Part shown: one piece after another, positions 11,882-24,731 of the stretch
Numbering within the stretch: the stretch's first letter is position 1
How the letters are laid out: every line of letters begins with the position of its first letter
Origin: Coniocarpon cinnabarinum
Taxonomy: Eukaryota
NCBI GenBank assembly: GCA_051942205.1
Contig: JAVECO010000041.1
Span: 1 to 64,000 of the forward strand
Direction of reading: 5' to 3'
DNA length: 64,000 nt
Notes under the pieces: model-generated
Told to the model about the DNA's origin: nothing
What the model saw: only the letters and a program-made list of their open reading frames with translations
Database searches by the model: none
Made by a program: the position numbers and the translations under genes

Positions 11882-12928
11882 ATGGACAGAACTCCTCATG
11901 CACAACCTGCCCCTTTGGGGATACTTCCCTCACCTCCGCGCTGCCCAAGCGTGATGCCTTTCGGTTCCGACTGGAACCGATTCATGAATGAGTCCGAGTG
12001 GGACTCCTCCATGGTGGATGCCGTTCTGCGATTGCAGACCAGGTACACAATAGTCTCGGAGTCGTCTGATTCCTGGTCATTGTCTGGTCAATCTCCTGCG
12101 GGGGAACAGACCGATGACAGAACGACTTTCGACTCGTTGGAGGCGTTAAGTACGATGGCTCAGCGAGAAAGCGCTGCAGCAATGCTGCCACTTGTCAAAG
12201 CTGGCTGCGTGTTTTTGATTAAGGATCGAGGTCCTGTATCCAAGATGGTCCGTCCGGATCATATGTCGTTTTTGGTTTTCTTCACTATCCCAAAGCCTCA
12301 CCAGTATTGGTGCTCCTTGGGACCCTCGTATGATCACCCTTGGCTCCTGGAGACAGGACGCCACATGGCTCGTATCACAGAGCTTCTTCCGGGCGAAAGC
12401 GAGGAAGGGCGCGACGCCAGAATGCGGCTCGCCGATCACTACAAAGCCCTCATTGCAGAGGGAAAAATCAATCTCGCCGCTTTGTCTCGGGATCCCGCGA
12501 CTTATCCTGTTTATAGGTATTCGCGGGCGGCTTTAGTAGCCTACAAGCATCCCGCTTTTGCTACGGCTGTAGCACAACAGTCGACTCTCGCGGCTGCGAG
12601 CAGTGGCCAAGCGGCAGATCAGGGAGGCCGAGGTTTGCCTGGCCTCCAGAGCACCATTGCTGAGTCCAAATCTGCTGCGGTAGAAAGAGGACAGATCCCT
12701 CAGACGTTCGCGAATGTCAAGACTGCGTCCAGCAGTACATCTGTCAAGCCAACAGATGCGAGTGTCTCCGGCAGTCTGCCAGGAGAGAAGGCCAAAGTGG
12801 TGGGAAGAGGTCAGGTCTCTGAGACGTCTGCGGACGTGAAGACTGACACCGGCAACACATCTGTCAGGCCGAGAGATGCTACTCTTCCCGGCAGTCCGCC
12901 GTATAAGAAGGCAAAAGTGGCAGACTGA
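11882..12928 (+). CDS. Hypothetical protein (348 aa) with a C-terminal 40-aa tandem repeat
   Basis: Long ATG ORF after a pyrimidine-rich leader; protein-like composition; no recognisable domain. Confidence 0.65.
   Translation: MDRTPHAQPAPLGILPSPPRCPSVMPFGSDWNRFMNESEWDSSMVDAVLRLQTRYTIVSESSDSWSLSGQSPAGEQTDDRTTFDSLEALSTMAQRESAAAMLPLVKAGCVFLIKDRGPVSKMVRPDHMSFLVFFTIPKPHQYWCSLGPSYDHPWLLETGRHMARITELLPGESEEGRDARMRLADHYKALIAEGKINLAALSRDPATYPVYRYSRAALVAYKHPAFATAVAQQSTLAAASSGQAADQGGRGLPGLQSTIAESKSAAVERGQIPQTFANVKTASSSTSVKPTDASVSGSLPGEKAKVVGRGQVSETSADVKTDTGNTSVRPRDATLPGSPPYKKAKVAD
12679..12920 (+). repeat. Diverged 120-bp tandem duplication
   Basis: aagagg at 12685 and 12805; VERGQ..VKT..TSVKP.DA..GS.PGEKAKV versus VGRGQ..VKT..TSVRP.DA..GS.PYKKAKV. 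Confidence 0.85.
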
Positions 12929-13159
12929 TCGGTTCTAGATCTCGTCAAGGCTAGACATAGATCGGCTGCAGTCAATGACACTATTGACGATCATTTTCCC
13001 GTGGTGTTGAAGTTTGTCTGATGGACCTGTGAGCTTGCGGTGCGGGAGCGAGTGGGGCAGCCTTTTCGATGAAGGCAACGCGAACAGGTACATGTCAAAT
13101 TCTAGCTCGTTGCGATCACGTACAGTAGCTTTCACGACTCACCACCAGCGCCAGCGGCC

Positions 13160-14523
13160 CTATAGCTCATCCTTCCTCACGCTCCCCTGCACACCCCTTC
13201 TACTCTCCTGAAACGCACCAAACTCTTTGATGATCAAACCCGCAATCATCTCATGCGCCTGATGTCGCGGATGAAAAACCCTCACACGCTCGATCAACCA
13301 CTCTGGAAACTTAACCCCATATTCATCCCTCGACCCCGTCTCTACCACCCGGGGCATCGTCAAATTCTGCAATCCCTCGATCCATTTATGCGCCTCCCTC
13401 AACCCCTCCGGTACAGTTGGCAGCTCACCACTCGGCGGCTTTGAGACCAACTCCCCGAAGTTCGTCACATTGCCGTCCCACAGCTTCGCCAGGAAATCTT
13501 TAAACGTCTCTTCGTCTTGGCGCAGCGGACCGATTTGGAGGTCGTTGTTGGAGCCGTATTCAGAGCTCTCGGGGTATTCCCAGAACCACGTGTTATTGCA
13601 TTTGGTCGCGTCGCAGGGTTCATTAATGCCCGCTTCGCAGTAACGATGGCCTTCCATGCTGGGATTCCAGTCGATGTAGAAAACGTTGGTGGCGTTGTTG
13701 CGGGAGACAGCGGATTTGATGGCGTTGTTGAGAACATCAGTCATGTTATTGAGATCGCTGCGGAGGTCGCGTGTGAGTTTTTGTCGATTCCCGAAGGGCT
13801 CAGGGAGAATGGACCAGGTTACATTGTCGCATTGGGTTGTTTGGTCATTGAAGAAGTGGGCGTAGCTCGTCACGAAGAGGGCGAAGTCGTCGCCGGCGGG
13901 TCCTTGGCGGCCGTTCGTGACAGTGGTACTAATCACTTTGTCGAGATCGTTAACGAGTTTAGGAGCGCGCAACATCTCCCATGAGGCCTTGCGCTGGTCC
14001 TCGCAGCTGCGCCAGGGGAGAATATCATAGATGCAGTTGCGGACGAGGTTGACAAAGTCGATGTCATCGCCGCCAGCTGTGAGAGTGGCAAAGCTTGGGT
14101 CGCCGAAAGAAGGGCGCTCGCCGTATTGCAGGTCCCAGGTTGCGGTGTTATCGAATTGGTGAGCGAGGATGTCGGCGCTCGTGGCGCCAGAGCAGGCGGG
14201 GAAGTTGAGGACGCGATTCGACGTCGTCCCGAAGAGGTCGTTGGTAGTGGAGTGGAAGAGCAGTTCAGGGTATGAGGAGGAGAAGCGGAGGCAGCGGCCC
14301 CTGGTCTTTGTTAGTAGCTCCAAAATGTGATGGAAATGATGAAGAAGGTCCGAAGAACTCACCATCCCAGATCCGTACCGGTGCCAGTACCTACAGCATA
14401 ACTGTCACCCAATGCAGTCCATTCAAGTCCAGGTTTGGTGCTAGCTTTTGCCGCGCCGTCGCTTTTCGCTTCGAGAGCTATTATGAAAGATAGGAACACA
14501 ACGGGGCTAATGGGTGTATACAT
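13160..14523 (-). CDS. SGNH/GDSL (SEST-like) hydrolase with putative signal peptide and C-terminal KDEL; exons 14523-14363 and 14300-13160
   Basis: Spliced block I WTALGDSYAVG, ACSGA, TLTAGGDD, GHRYCE and terminal VFHP motifs; GTGAGT...CTAAC...CAG intron 14301-14362. Confidence 0.88.
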
Positions 14524-15417
14524 CGCGGTAGAGTAGGGAGAAAAGAAGGTTAAGATGGAGCTAAGGACACTAGGAGAAGGATTTCTTGACTTTTATCACA
14601 GGCTGCATGAGCAAAGTGGAGTTCTTTGTTTTGCGCGGGTCACGCGTGCCGAGAGAGAAGTCACGAACGAGCACGCACAGCCTCGACTTGATGCAGACTG
14701 CAAGTGTCAGCTCGCTGGGCAAAGATTGGGCCAGGTGCTGTCAAGTGACTGTGGAGTCTGAATGCGATGACTGTTGACCCCCAAAACGTTCGCATCATGC
14801 GCAAGAAGAGCTTGTGAAACAGGAGATGCCGTGACAAACCTCGGATCGAGCAGCGACGTGCTCAAGTCTATATAAGGGCCATAATTAACGTGTTCCGAGC
14901 GTGAGATAAGCACAGACAAGCCCCAGTGCGAACGCGTGTTATAAAATATAACAGTTTTCCCTAAAGGATTGCGACTCAAAGGCTGAGCGGCCTGCTGCAT
15001 CAGGCTGAGTAGGGGGGACAAGTGAGGCCGTCAACGGTCACAAGAGCGTACGAAGCGTCTTATCGTTGGGGGAGCACGATAGCACACAAACGAGGCTGAC
15101 CAGTTTGGTGTAACGGTGCAGATTGGGAAGGGATTCGACGACATGTCGCAGGTGATCTGCTCACATTTGAGGCAGTAGGAACAAAGCACTGGCAAGCAAT
15201 ACATTTTTGACCCACTTGAATGGTTGACCCTTGCATGATGCCGCGCAAGCATGCACAAAGTCGCAAGACGATGCCAAACTTGGCTTATCCAATGTGCGCG
15301 AAGGCACATTCAAGTCACCAAACGGAGCCACGATTTTCCGTAGCCTGTCAGTTTCCGAGGCTGCTGTATCAACACAACTCTATACATCTGGATGTCTCTT
15401 CCATATGTTGCTAAAGC

Positions 15418-16782
<1,365 letters not shown>

Positions 16783-16925
16783 ATTGCCGTGTTTTCCGCT
16801 AGTCTTGCCCTCTGGTGAACGGGAAAAGGGTTTCGAAGGAGCAAAGTGGGATGTTTGTGGGCTGGGGAATTCTGTTTTCGAAGAGATGCAGCCATTGGAA
16901 GCTATCGATAGTGTGGGAAAATAAG

Positions 16926-16936
16926 CCAATCACGTG
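16926..16936. promoter_or_regulatory. Adjacent CCAAT box and E-box (CACGTG) upstream of gal10
   Basis: ccaatcacgtg about 145 bp upstream of the ATG; motif match only. Confidence 0.3.
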
Positions 16937-17590
16937 TGACCGTTCCTGACCGTGGTTCCTGACGTCAATATCGTGCGAATTATTTTCGACTGTCCATTCC
17001 ACGACTATTATTCGTACATTGGACAAATCTGCATGCGTTAATCGTCTCTCGAGGGCGTACATGAGAAATACAATGCACTCGATCGCTGTAATGTTGGCAA
17101 ATGGCATTGAGACAGGTCTTGTATAGTAGGCTGTTGACTGGTAAGAGGAAAGTCCAAAATCTAGGAGAGATGAATGTGGTTTTGAGGGCTTAGGCCTGCC
17201 TATGATACCTCGAATGTTACATACCAAAGGAAACAAGAGACACTAGTCACAACATTTGTTCAGGCGAGGTAGAGTATCTATGAGGTATACAAGTAGAAAT
17301 GCTTGTACTTTACTGCTTGAAGACATGATAGACCAAGCGAAGGAAAGCTCCTGCCTTCAAACCTCAATCCATTGCTCGAGCACCGACCGTCCAAATACAG
17401 CGAGACCGTCTCAATTTGTGCGCACCCAGAGAGATGGTCATGTTTCGGTGTCCATCAATTAGCGACTTTCATGGTTTCGATTCCGCGAGAGTTATGGACT
17501 GAAATCGTTGCCTCACTTTGCGTTTCTGTGTTCTCTTTTCTTGAACAGAACGCACGCGAATTGTGCGCTCCTCATCGCAGTGTCGAATGC

Positions 17591-19050
17591 TCACACAAAC
17601 TCCGCGTACATCACCCGCACCTCTTTATTCTCAATCTCAACAGATTTATAGACAGACGCGTCCGACTCTTCAGAAGTCTTCACACGACCCAGCGGTTTCA
17701 GCTCGTTAGAAGACTCTGACGGTCTCTCCTTGTCTGGCGGCGAATTTGGGTCACCGTTTGACTGCGACTCTCGCAGCGACAACAACGGTATCTTCATGCG
17801 GATTCGGCAGTACAGCTTCTTCAAGGGAATTTCTTCCACAAGAGGCTTCAGAAGTGGCAGGCAACACGTAATCTGCGCGACACCCAGCTCAATCATGGAC
17901 CAAAAGATTGTCAATGAGACAATACCTGTATGAGCACGATGTTAGCAATTCACTGGTTGTTCTCAAGGGATGCTGAGCAGAGGCATTGGCCGTACCGAAA
18001 TCATCTCCTTGTCTCATTCCGAGAAGATGGAGATCCTCGTTGTTTGTGAGTGACGCCCATATGCCGGCGTGCATTGCGAGGTGAAGTGAGCCTGCCACGA
18101 CGGTGCTAAGTGTGAGAGACAGTCAGTAGTTTTCCTATCGTGTACACATCACAAGGAAGCAGTACTGACAATGCTCCCAGAGCGAAAATGAAGGACGCTA
18201 TAAGTTTCTGCTGAAGTCGCATATGTAGGCGCCAGATCTGATACAAGGTATTGTCAGCGACCTCAATGCGAAGATTTGAGGGAATCTGGAGACGTACAAA
18301 GGGCATTGGAAGAATCAAGATCAACAGGTCAGTGATAGCGCTAGTTAGTGCGCCCGAGAAGAAGAGTGTCGATGAGCTCAAGCAATGCTCCTGTCTGAAC
18401 GCCAAAACTGGAGTCCAATAATGCTCATAATGTCTTCCGCACAGAAAAAGCAACATGAATAACGTTATGAACCCCAACAACGAAGAGATGGCGATCAATG
18501 ACCAGTTGATGATTTCGAAAACCATACCACGGAAGATTCGGCTGTAGAAGAATAGAAACGAGCATTTGACAACAGAAATGCCAGCGATCCACATGAGACT
18601 GAATGAGAATTCGATCTGTTGGTTGTCAGCGGCAACAACCATTATGAGATACAGAAATTCTTGGGGTTCCTCACTTTACTGAGCTGAGCAACGCGACGAC
18701 TGGACGATTGTGATATTGAAGAGTGATGTCCCACCGTCTTCAGTGATGCACCTAGAAGTTGCGACTGAGCATTGGATTTGTACTCATTCATGTAAGGCTT
18801 ATTCGAGACCTACCAACAAGCAGCGATATACTACAGCCTGTCAGTAGGGCCTGTCCACATGTCAGCGCTTGCTCGATAAGGACACAGAAGCCAACAGCTA
18901 TACCCATGCCACCACACAGAGCACGCCATCTGTGCCGAATGACGCCTTTTTCAAACGCCGTGCACGAATCCTTGCTAGAATAGCCAGGGCACCGAGCACT
19001 GGAAATGAGACACTGATAGCAACAATACTTCCACTGTTCACGTAAGTCAT
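17591..19050 (-). CDS. PTH11-like (fungal rhodopsin-domain) integral membrane protein without CFEM; 7 exons
   Basis: Spliced ORF MTYVNSGSIVAISVSFPVLGALAILARIRARR..., KCSFLFFYSRIF, TDLLILILPMP..W.LHM..QKL, FWSMIELGVAQITCCLP; all six introns are canonical and in frame. Confidence 0.88.
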
Positions 19051-19100
19051 TGTGTCTGGTTTATTGAGGACGTTGACGAGGTTTGAGCAGTCTATGGTGT

Positions 19101-19164
19101 CCTTTATATAAAGGTCCGTCTGCGTCCGAATTCGACCGTTCTTGAACGGTCTTCTAAGCTAGCT
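19101..19164. promoter_or_regulatory. TATA box and palindrome cluster upstream of the PTH11-like gene
   Basis: cctttatataaagg (19101-19114), gaccgttc-tt-gaacggtc (19134-19151), aagctagctt (19155-19164). Confidence 0.45.
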
Positions 19165-20181
19165 TCGAAACACAGTATGGATATGAGTCAACAAGTGACG
19201 TTTTGTGATGGTGACCAAAGTCCATTATCTGCATCTGGTCAAGTTGACTGCGTTGCGTGATTCCAATCAAGGCCTAAGCGAGCTTTCAACTTGTTTAAGC
19301 GATGAAATCTTTGAAAGCTATCGGAAGCAGCAATGCGTCTTACAACGGGGAAGGTAGACAATGCACGTCTGGTAAAGATACGCATGACACGCTGCTAGGC
19401 AAACAAGTCTCAGGCATGTCCTTGTGCTGCCTCCTCCACCGATCTGCTTGAGAATGTGACTTGCGAAACAGGGGGCTCTGCTCCGATACTTGGTCAAAAT
19501 CGCGTATCTTTCGGGTCCCACGGCAAGATTGACACATCACTGCGCTGACACGTCGGTAGCTTGCAGACCGGATAGAGATCTGGCGAACGTTTACAGTGGG
19601 ATATCTGACCGCTTCAACACAGTCGTGCCCGGTCTTATCACGTGTTGCGCCGCCTCAACGGTCAAGCAGACCTTGAACCACATGATAATGGCGAACAAAT
19701 GGTATAGATGCACAGAGGAGTCTACGCGTTCATAGCAGGCGCTAATGCGAGACATCATGCGAGATCAATGCAGCCCTGACCTCGTTTCACACGAAGATGT
19801 GGTTACATCGCAGACTACCGCGCGCGCTATTCGCTTGTTAAGACTAGTCGACGGACCAGAAATCGTCGGGCAGACTTACAGACACTCGGCTCCGGATGAG
19901 ACACTCGACGAAGATCCATTGGCAATACTGTCTTGAAGTCCGATGTCTGCGATGATTGGCTCGTACGTGGTTGAAAGATGCTCGTGCTCGCCTAATTACT
20001 CGCGCGGTAGTGAGCATACATTGTAGCATTGGACTCGCGAGGGGGAGGCCGGCAAAAAGTCGGCAAAAGTCGGACAATTGATATCGCGCTTAATCTTTTA
20101 TGGCGTGTTCTTTACGAACCTCGCGACCGATGTATGAACCTGATCTTTCCTGTCCTTGTCATTCATTGTCGAGTTCTCAAG

Positions 20182-23100
20182 ATGGTCACAAGTCAGGCGA
20201 GCGAGATAAGGCAGCGTGTGGAGACCGCCAAAGAACGTAGGAAACGCATCAATGATGACATGATCATGCATGTCGGTTTGGACCGAATTGTTGCTTCTGT
20301 TCTCGCTAACCAGCAGACAGACCAATGGCAGCTGCATTGTCTCAAAACGTAGTGTGGAAAAGGTGTATCACGGCGAAGACCATGGCTTCCTTCGTCACTT
20401 TGTGCAGAAATTTCAACGACGCTCTCCCTTGATTAATCGCGGATACTGGCTGCGTATGCGGGCTGTTGAACATGCCGTCCGTACATTCTTATCCAATCAC
20501 CCACACGAAAATACATGTATCGTCAACCTGGGTTGTGGATAGTGAGTTCTCAAAGATTTTCTAGAGAACACAAGAGCCAGGCGCTGACTGTACAGTGATA
20601 CCTTGCCTTTCAAGTTCTTAGCAAAAGAACCTCAACTGTGCGAGCATTCCAAGTTCATTGATGTCGATTATCGTAAACTACTAGAGAAGAAATGCGAAGT
20701 CATCGGAGCCAAGGACTGTTTTCGAGGCCTATGTGGGCAGGTCGAAAGCGATGTCCAGACACAGAATGTTCTTTTCGACAGCAATCAATACGCAGCTATT
20801 GCAGCGGATTTGCAGTCTGAATCGGACTTGCAGCAGCTGAAACAAATCTTGAATGCTCAAGATGGACGCTTGCTGTTCATTGCGGAAGTCTCAATGACAT
20901 ACATGGCCCCGACAGACGCGAACAATGTAATCAAATGGGCATCATCCTTCCCAAAAGGTAAGCCTAAAAGAGCAGTAACTTTCAGATGACTCTAATAGAT
21001 CTGCAAAGCGACATTCAGTCTGTTGGAACAGTATCTTCCTCTAGGAGAGTCGCATCGCTTCGCTGAAACCATGCTGCAGCACTTTTCCAAGTTGCAAAGC
21101 CCCATTCGATGTGCACTTACATCTCCGTCTCTAGAAGATCAGAAACAGCGATTTACAGCCAACGGTTGGACAGAAGTGAGCGCGTCTAGTTTGTGGTCTT
21201 TTTGGACGGACGACAACAGCATTAGCGCGGAAGAACGGTCATTGTTGGATGAAGTAGAGCCCTTCGACGAGTGGGAAGAGTTTATACTCTACGCGAGACA
21301 CTATTTCTTACTGACTGCTCAGGGACCTCTGCAAGAATTTGGCGAAGCAAACTCTGAGCTGTCAGGGCCCAAGCCAAGACAGCATTCCACTAACACGCAG
21401 GACAACAGTCTGTTCTGTAAAGTCCAGCAACCTTCAAGAGGTCACAGCCCAAGGCGATTATTTGCAGGGTTCCTGGCAACGGCAGAGCGCATTGTCTGCA
21501 ACGGCGGCTATGGACCACAAGGGCGATTACAATCTTCAGATGCAATCACGAAGGCTATAGCTCAAGATTCTTCGATGGCGATGGTAGCGGATGCAGGTCA
21601 TGCTCTTGAGCACGAAACCGCCTGTCACACGATCACGCGTCTCAAATCGGGATCTCATCTCCTTGTCGGTGGCAGACTTTCCCCCGCCAAAGCGCGCAGC
21701 GAATGTCTTGTAACGACTGGGGACTCGTGGAGACACGTGGAGAATCTTCCTACAGGTCGCTATCGTCACTCGACTGTTGTTTGGGGTGAGGGCGTCCTGG
21801 TAATTGGCGGCAAGCTTGACTCAGGTCGTCTTGCTGAAGATTGGTTGTTCTGGGAAGCGGAGAGAGGCTGGTCTAAGGTCACAATCATTGGCGACATGCC
21901 ACCACTTCGATATGGTGCATGCGCCAGTGAGCTCAGTATGGACTTCACTCAGACGTCGTCAGCTCAGTGCTCCGCGATTCTGCTAGGAGGCATGTCTTGG
22001 GATGGGAGGATACTCGAGGATGTTTGGCAAATCGACCTTCTTTCACAAGTGCCCAGCGCTGGACCCATGGTTCGATGCTGGCAGCCGACAATGAGGTTCT
22101 CTGGTCCATCTGTAGATGTCTTCCGCTTCGGCGCTGTCCTGACGCCTCAGCGAGATGAGCTTTTCATGACTGGAGGCGTCGGAAATGGTCAAGATGATAG
22201 CCACGAGTCCGAGCTGCTGCGACTCAACAACCATTTCGAGGTCATAGCGCATCGCATTCTTCCTTGCAGGAATGATCCCGCACCTCGCTCGACTTTCATT
22301 GGCCATCAGGTCTCGTCAGTCGGCCCAAACACTTTAGTAATATATGGCGGCGGTGCAAATTGTTTCTCTTTTGGCTCCTTCTGGAATGAAGACATCATCA
22401 CCTTAGACACGAGACCTGGTGTTAAGCCAATCACCCCTTGGGTTCCCGTACAGGCAAATGAGCTCGATCCATCAAAGACTAACTCAGGCCGTCCAGATCC
22501 TAGAAACGCTCGTCGAAATTTCAATGTGACTAATACACCCAGTGAGTATCCTTTACCCATCAAGCGTGACCATGTCGGAACTGCAGCCGATTTTCAAAGT
22601 ATCATAGCACAACGAAACCCGGCAATCATCGAGCAACTCGACATCGGCGAATGTTGTAACAAATGGACGTCTCAATATTTGATCGATTCTATTGGCCGTG
22701 AGACTGCAGTCACCGTCCATTGCGCCGAGGAAGACAATATGAGCTTTCTCGACAAGAACTTCAGCTATGTAAAAAAACCCTTCGGGTCGTTTATGGACAG
22801 CATAGAACAGGGCGGGAGGGAATACATGCGTTCCATCTCAAGCTCTAAACCTAGTGAGAAGGCTACAAATCTTGAGCATGACTTTCCCGCTATTGCTACA
22901 GACTTTCAGCTACCTTCTGAGCTTGCATTTGTCACAGAGCGGATGCATAGTAACCCACTTCGAATTTCTGGCCCGGTGGCAATGTGGCTTCATTACGATG
23001 TTGGTGGTACGGATTCCTCGTGGATACAATATTGCTAACCCTTCTCTCAGGTAATGGCGAATGTGCTATGTCAGATTCGAGGCACCAAAAGGCTGCTGCT

Positions 23101-23509
23101 ATATGCTCCTCGCGAGGTCAGCAATCTTCAATTTCCACCCGGTTCGTCAAGTTCGAAGTTGATACCATGGACCGAGGATCATGGCTTGAGTCCATCCCTG
23201 CGCGACGTTCCTGCACTCGAAGCCAATCTCGAACCAGGAGATGTGCTCTTCATTCCTCCACTGTGGGCACACACGGCGTCGCCAATGGGAGGAATGAGTG
23301 TCGCGGTAAACGTTTTTTTCAAAGACATGGACACGGGTTACGCAGTGGGGCGTGATGTGTACGGAAACAGGGATCTACAAGCATACGAAAACGGTCGCAA
23401 GGATGTCGATCGCATCGTGCGATCCTTCAAGAGACTACCTGCACCATGCTCACGGTTTTACCTGCAACGACTTGCGGATGAGTTGTCGGAAGCGGCAGAG
23501 AAGCGTTGA
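20182..23509 (+). CDS. ppm2: tRNA wybutosine-synthesizing protein 4 / leucine carboxyl methyltransferase 2 (LCM + kelch + JmjC); exons 20182-20271, 20321-20541, 20596-20957, 21009-22999, 23051-23509
   Basis: TNGSCIVSKRSVE, RRSPLINRGYWLR, NLGCGYD, AEVSMTYM, EPFDEWEEF, kelch GG repeats, JmjC WLHYDV...PPLWAH. Confidence 0.94.
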
Positions 23510-24731
23510 ACGTTTGATGACGTACTTTCGTGCAGCTTTACTGCAGGAACTGGGGGCCAGCTCGTGGCAGCTAGTGGGAAGCAGCAGCTCGAAAAGGAAA
23601 GAATCTGGGGCAGGGAGGGTGAAGCTGTATGAGCTGGGATTGTGATTGCTGGAAGGTCACTGGTGGAGAAGCAGATGAGCTGTCACGGCTGCGTGCGACC
23701 CGAGACAGCGCTTGGAGCGAGAGAAAGATTGCGTGGAGCGGTTGGAGTTATGCGGCTGAAAATACTCCCGGAGAATGCGGCTCTGAGAGAGGGAGAGAGA
23801 GGGAGTGTTGAGCACGTTGTGGGCACAGCATCACAGGAGTCCATTCCGGCCACGACAGTCAAACCGCCAGGACGGGGATGTGTGAGAGCCAAGACTGGAG
23901 AACGGCGCATGGTTGGAGAAAGGCGCTAACCGCTCTAGCGGCCACTAGTGCGATGGGTAGCTCCTCAACGGGACTGGCGCCGCAGCTCTTCCGACAAGGA
24001 TTCGTCTCGACTCCCTCTCGCTTCCCATCCCTCGATCTCGCGTGCGACAGACGGAGAGCAACATCCGCAGCGAAAGCGAGCTGACACCCTCCGCTGATGG
24101 CACGCTTTGAGAGTGTCACAGCACGACGGATGAAAGGCACCGGCTGCATGCCGACGCATTCCTCACTCCCATCCGCGACGTCGATGCGTGTTTCAGGGTG
24201 TGGGACGGCAGGACGGGGGGCAGAAATAGCCCTGCACGGGCAGGTTTGCAGGCACCAGGCTAGGAGCCCGAGGAGCCCCACCTTCTCCGCAGTCCTTAGC
24301 CTGGAGGAGACCCCACTCTCCTCCACTCATGCTGTGCGTCGGTCCCAGCACATCAGCACTTTGCACGCCGTCACGCTCAGCCCGCTGCCCTCCGTTCCCT
24401 CGTTCATCATTAATGCTATCATGTCCTTATCGCTACCCCAGCCCTCGTGCCTATAAGCGGCCCAATTCCACTTCTTTTGTGTGTTTGCTCTCACCGCCAC
24501 TCGCCTCATTCTTGCATTCAACAAGCACCCTGATTCATACTCCACATGTCCTCCTCGAGTACCAACTGACCTGATCATTCTTCCACCTGCACTCGACGCC
24601 TCATCCACACAGTCCAGGCTAGTCCCACCTGACTGACTCCGCCACGCTTTCAACAAGCCATCCCATGATCCACGCCACCTATCAAATCATTTTCCCTGTA
24701 CACAAGCCCAATCGTTGTTCCTATCCCACAA

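Noticed and set aside
20268..20320. GC-AG intron in ppm2 (GCATGT donor)
   Set aside because: A GT donor at 20272 with the CAG at 20320 is also in frame and gives a better-looking DDMIMHTNGS junction.
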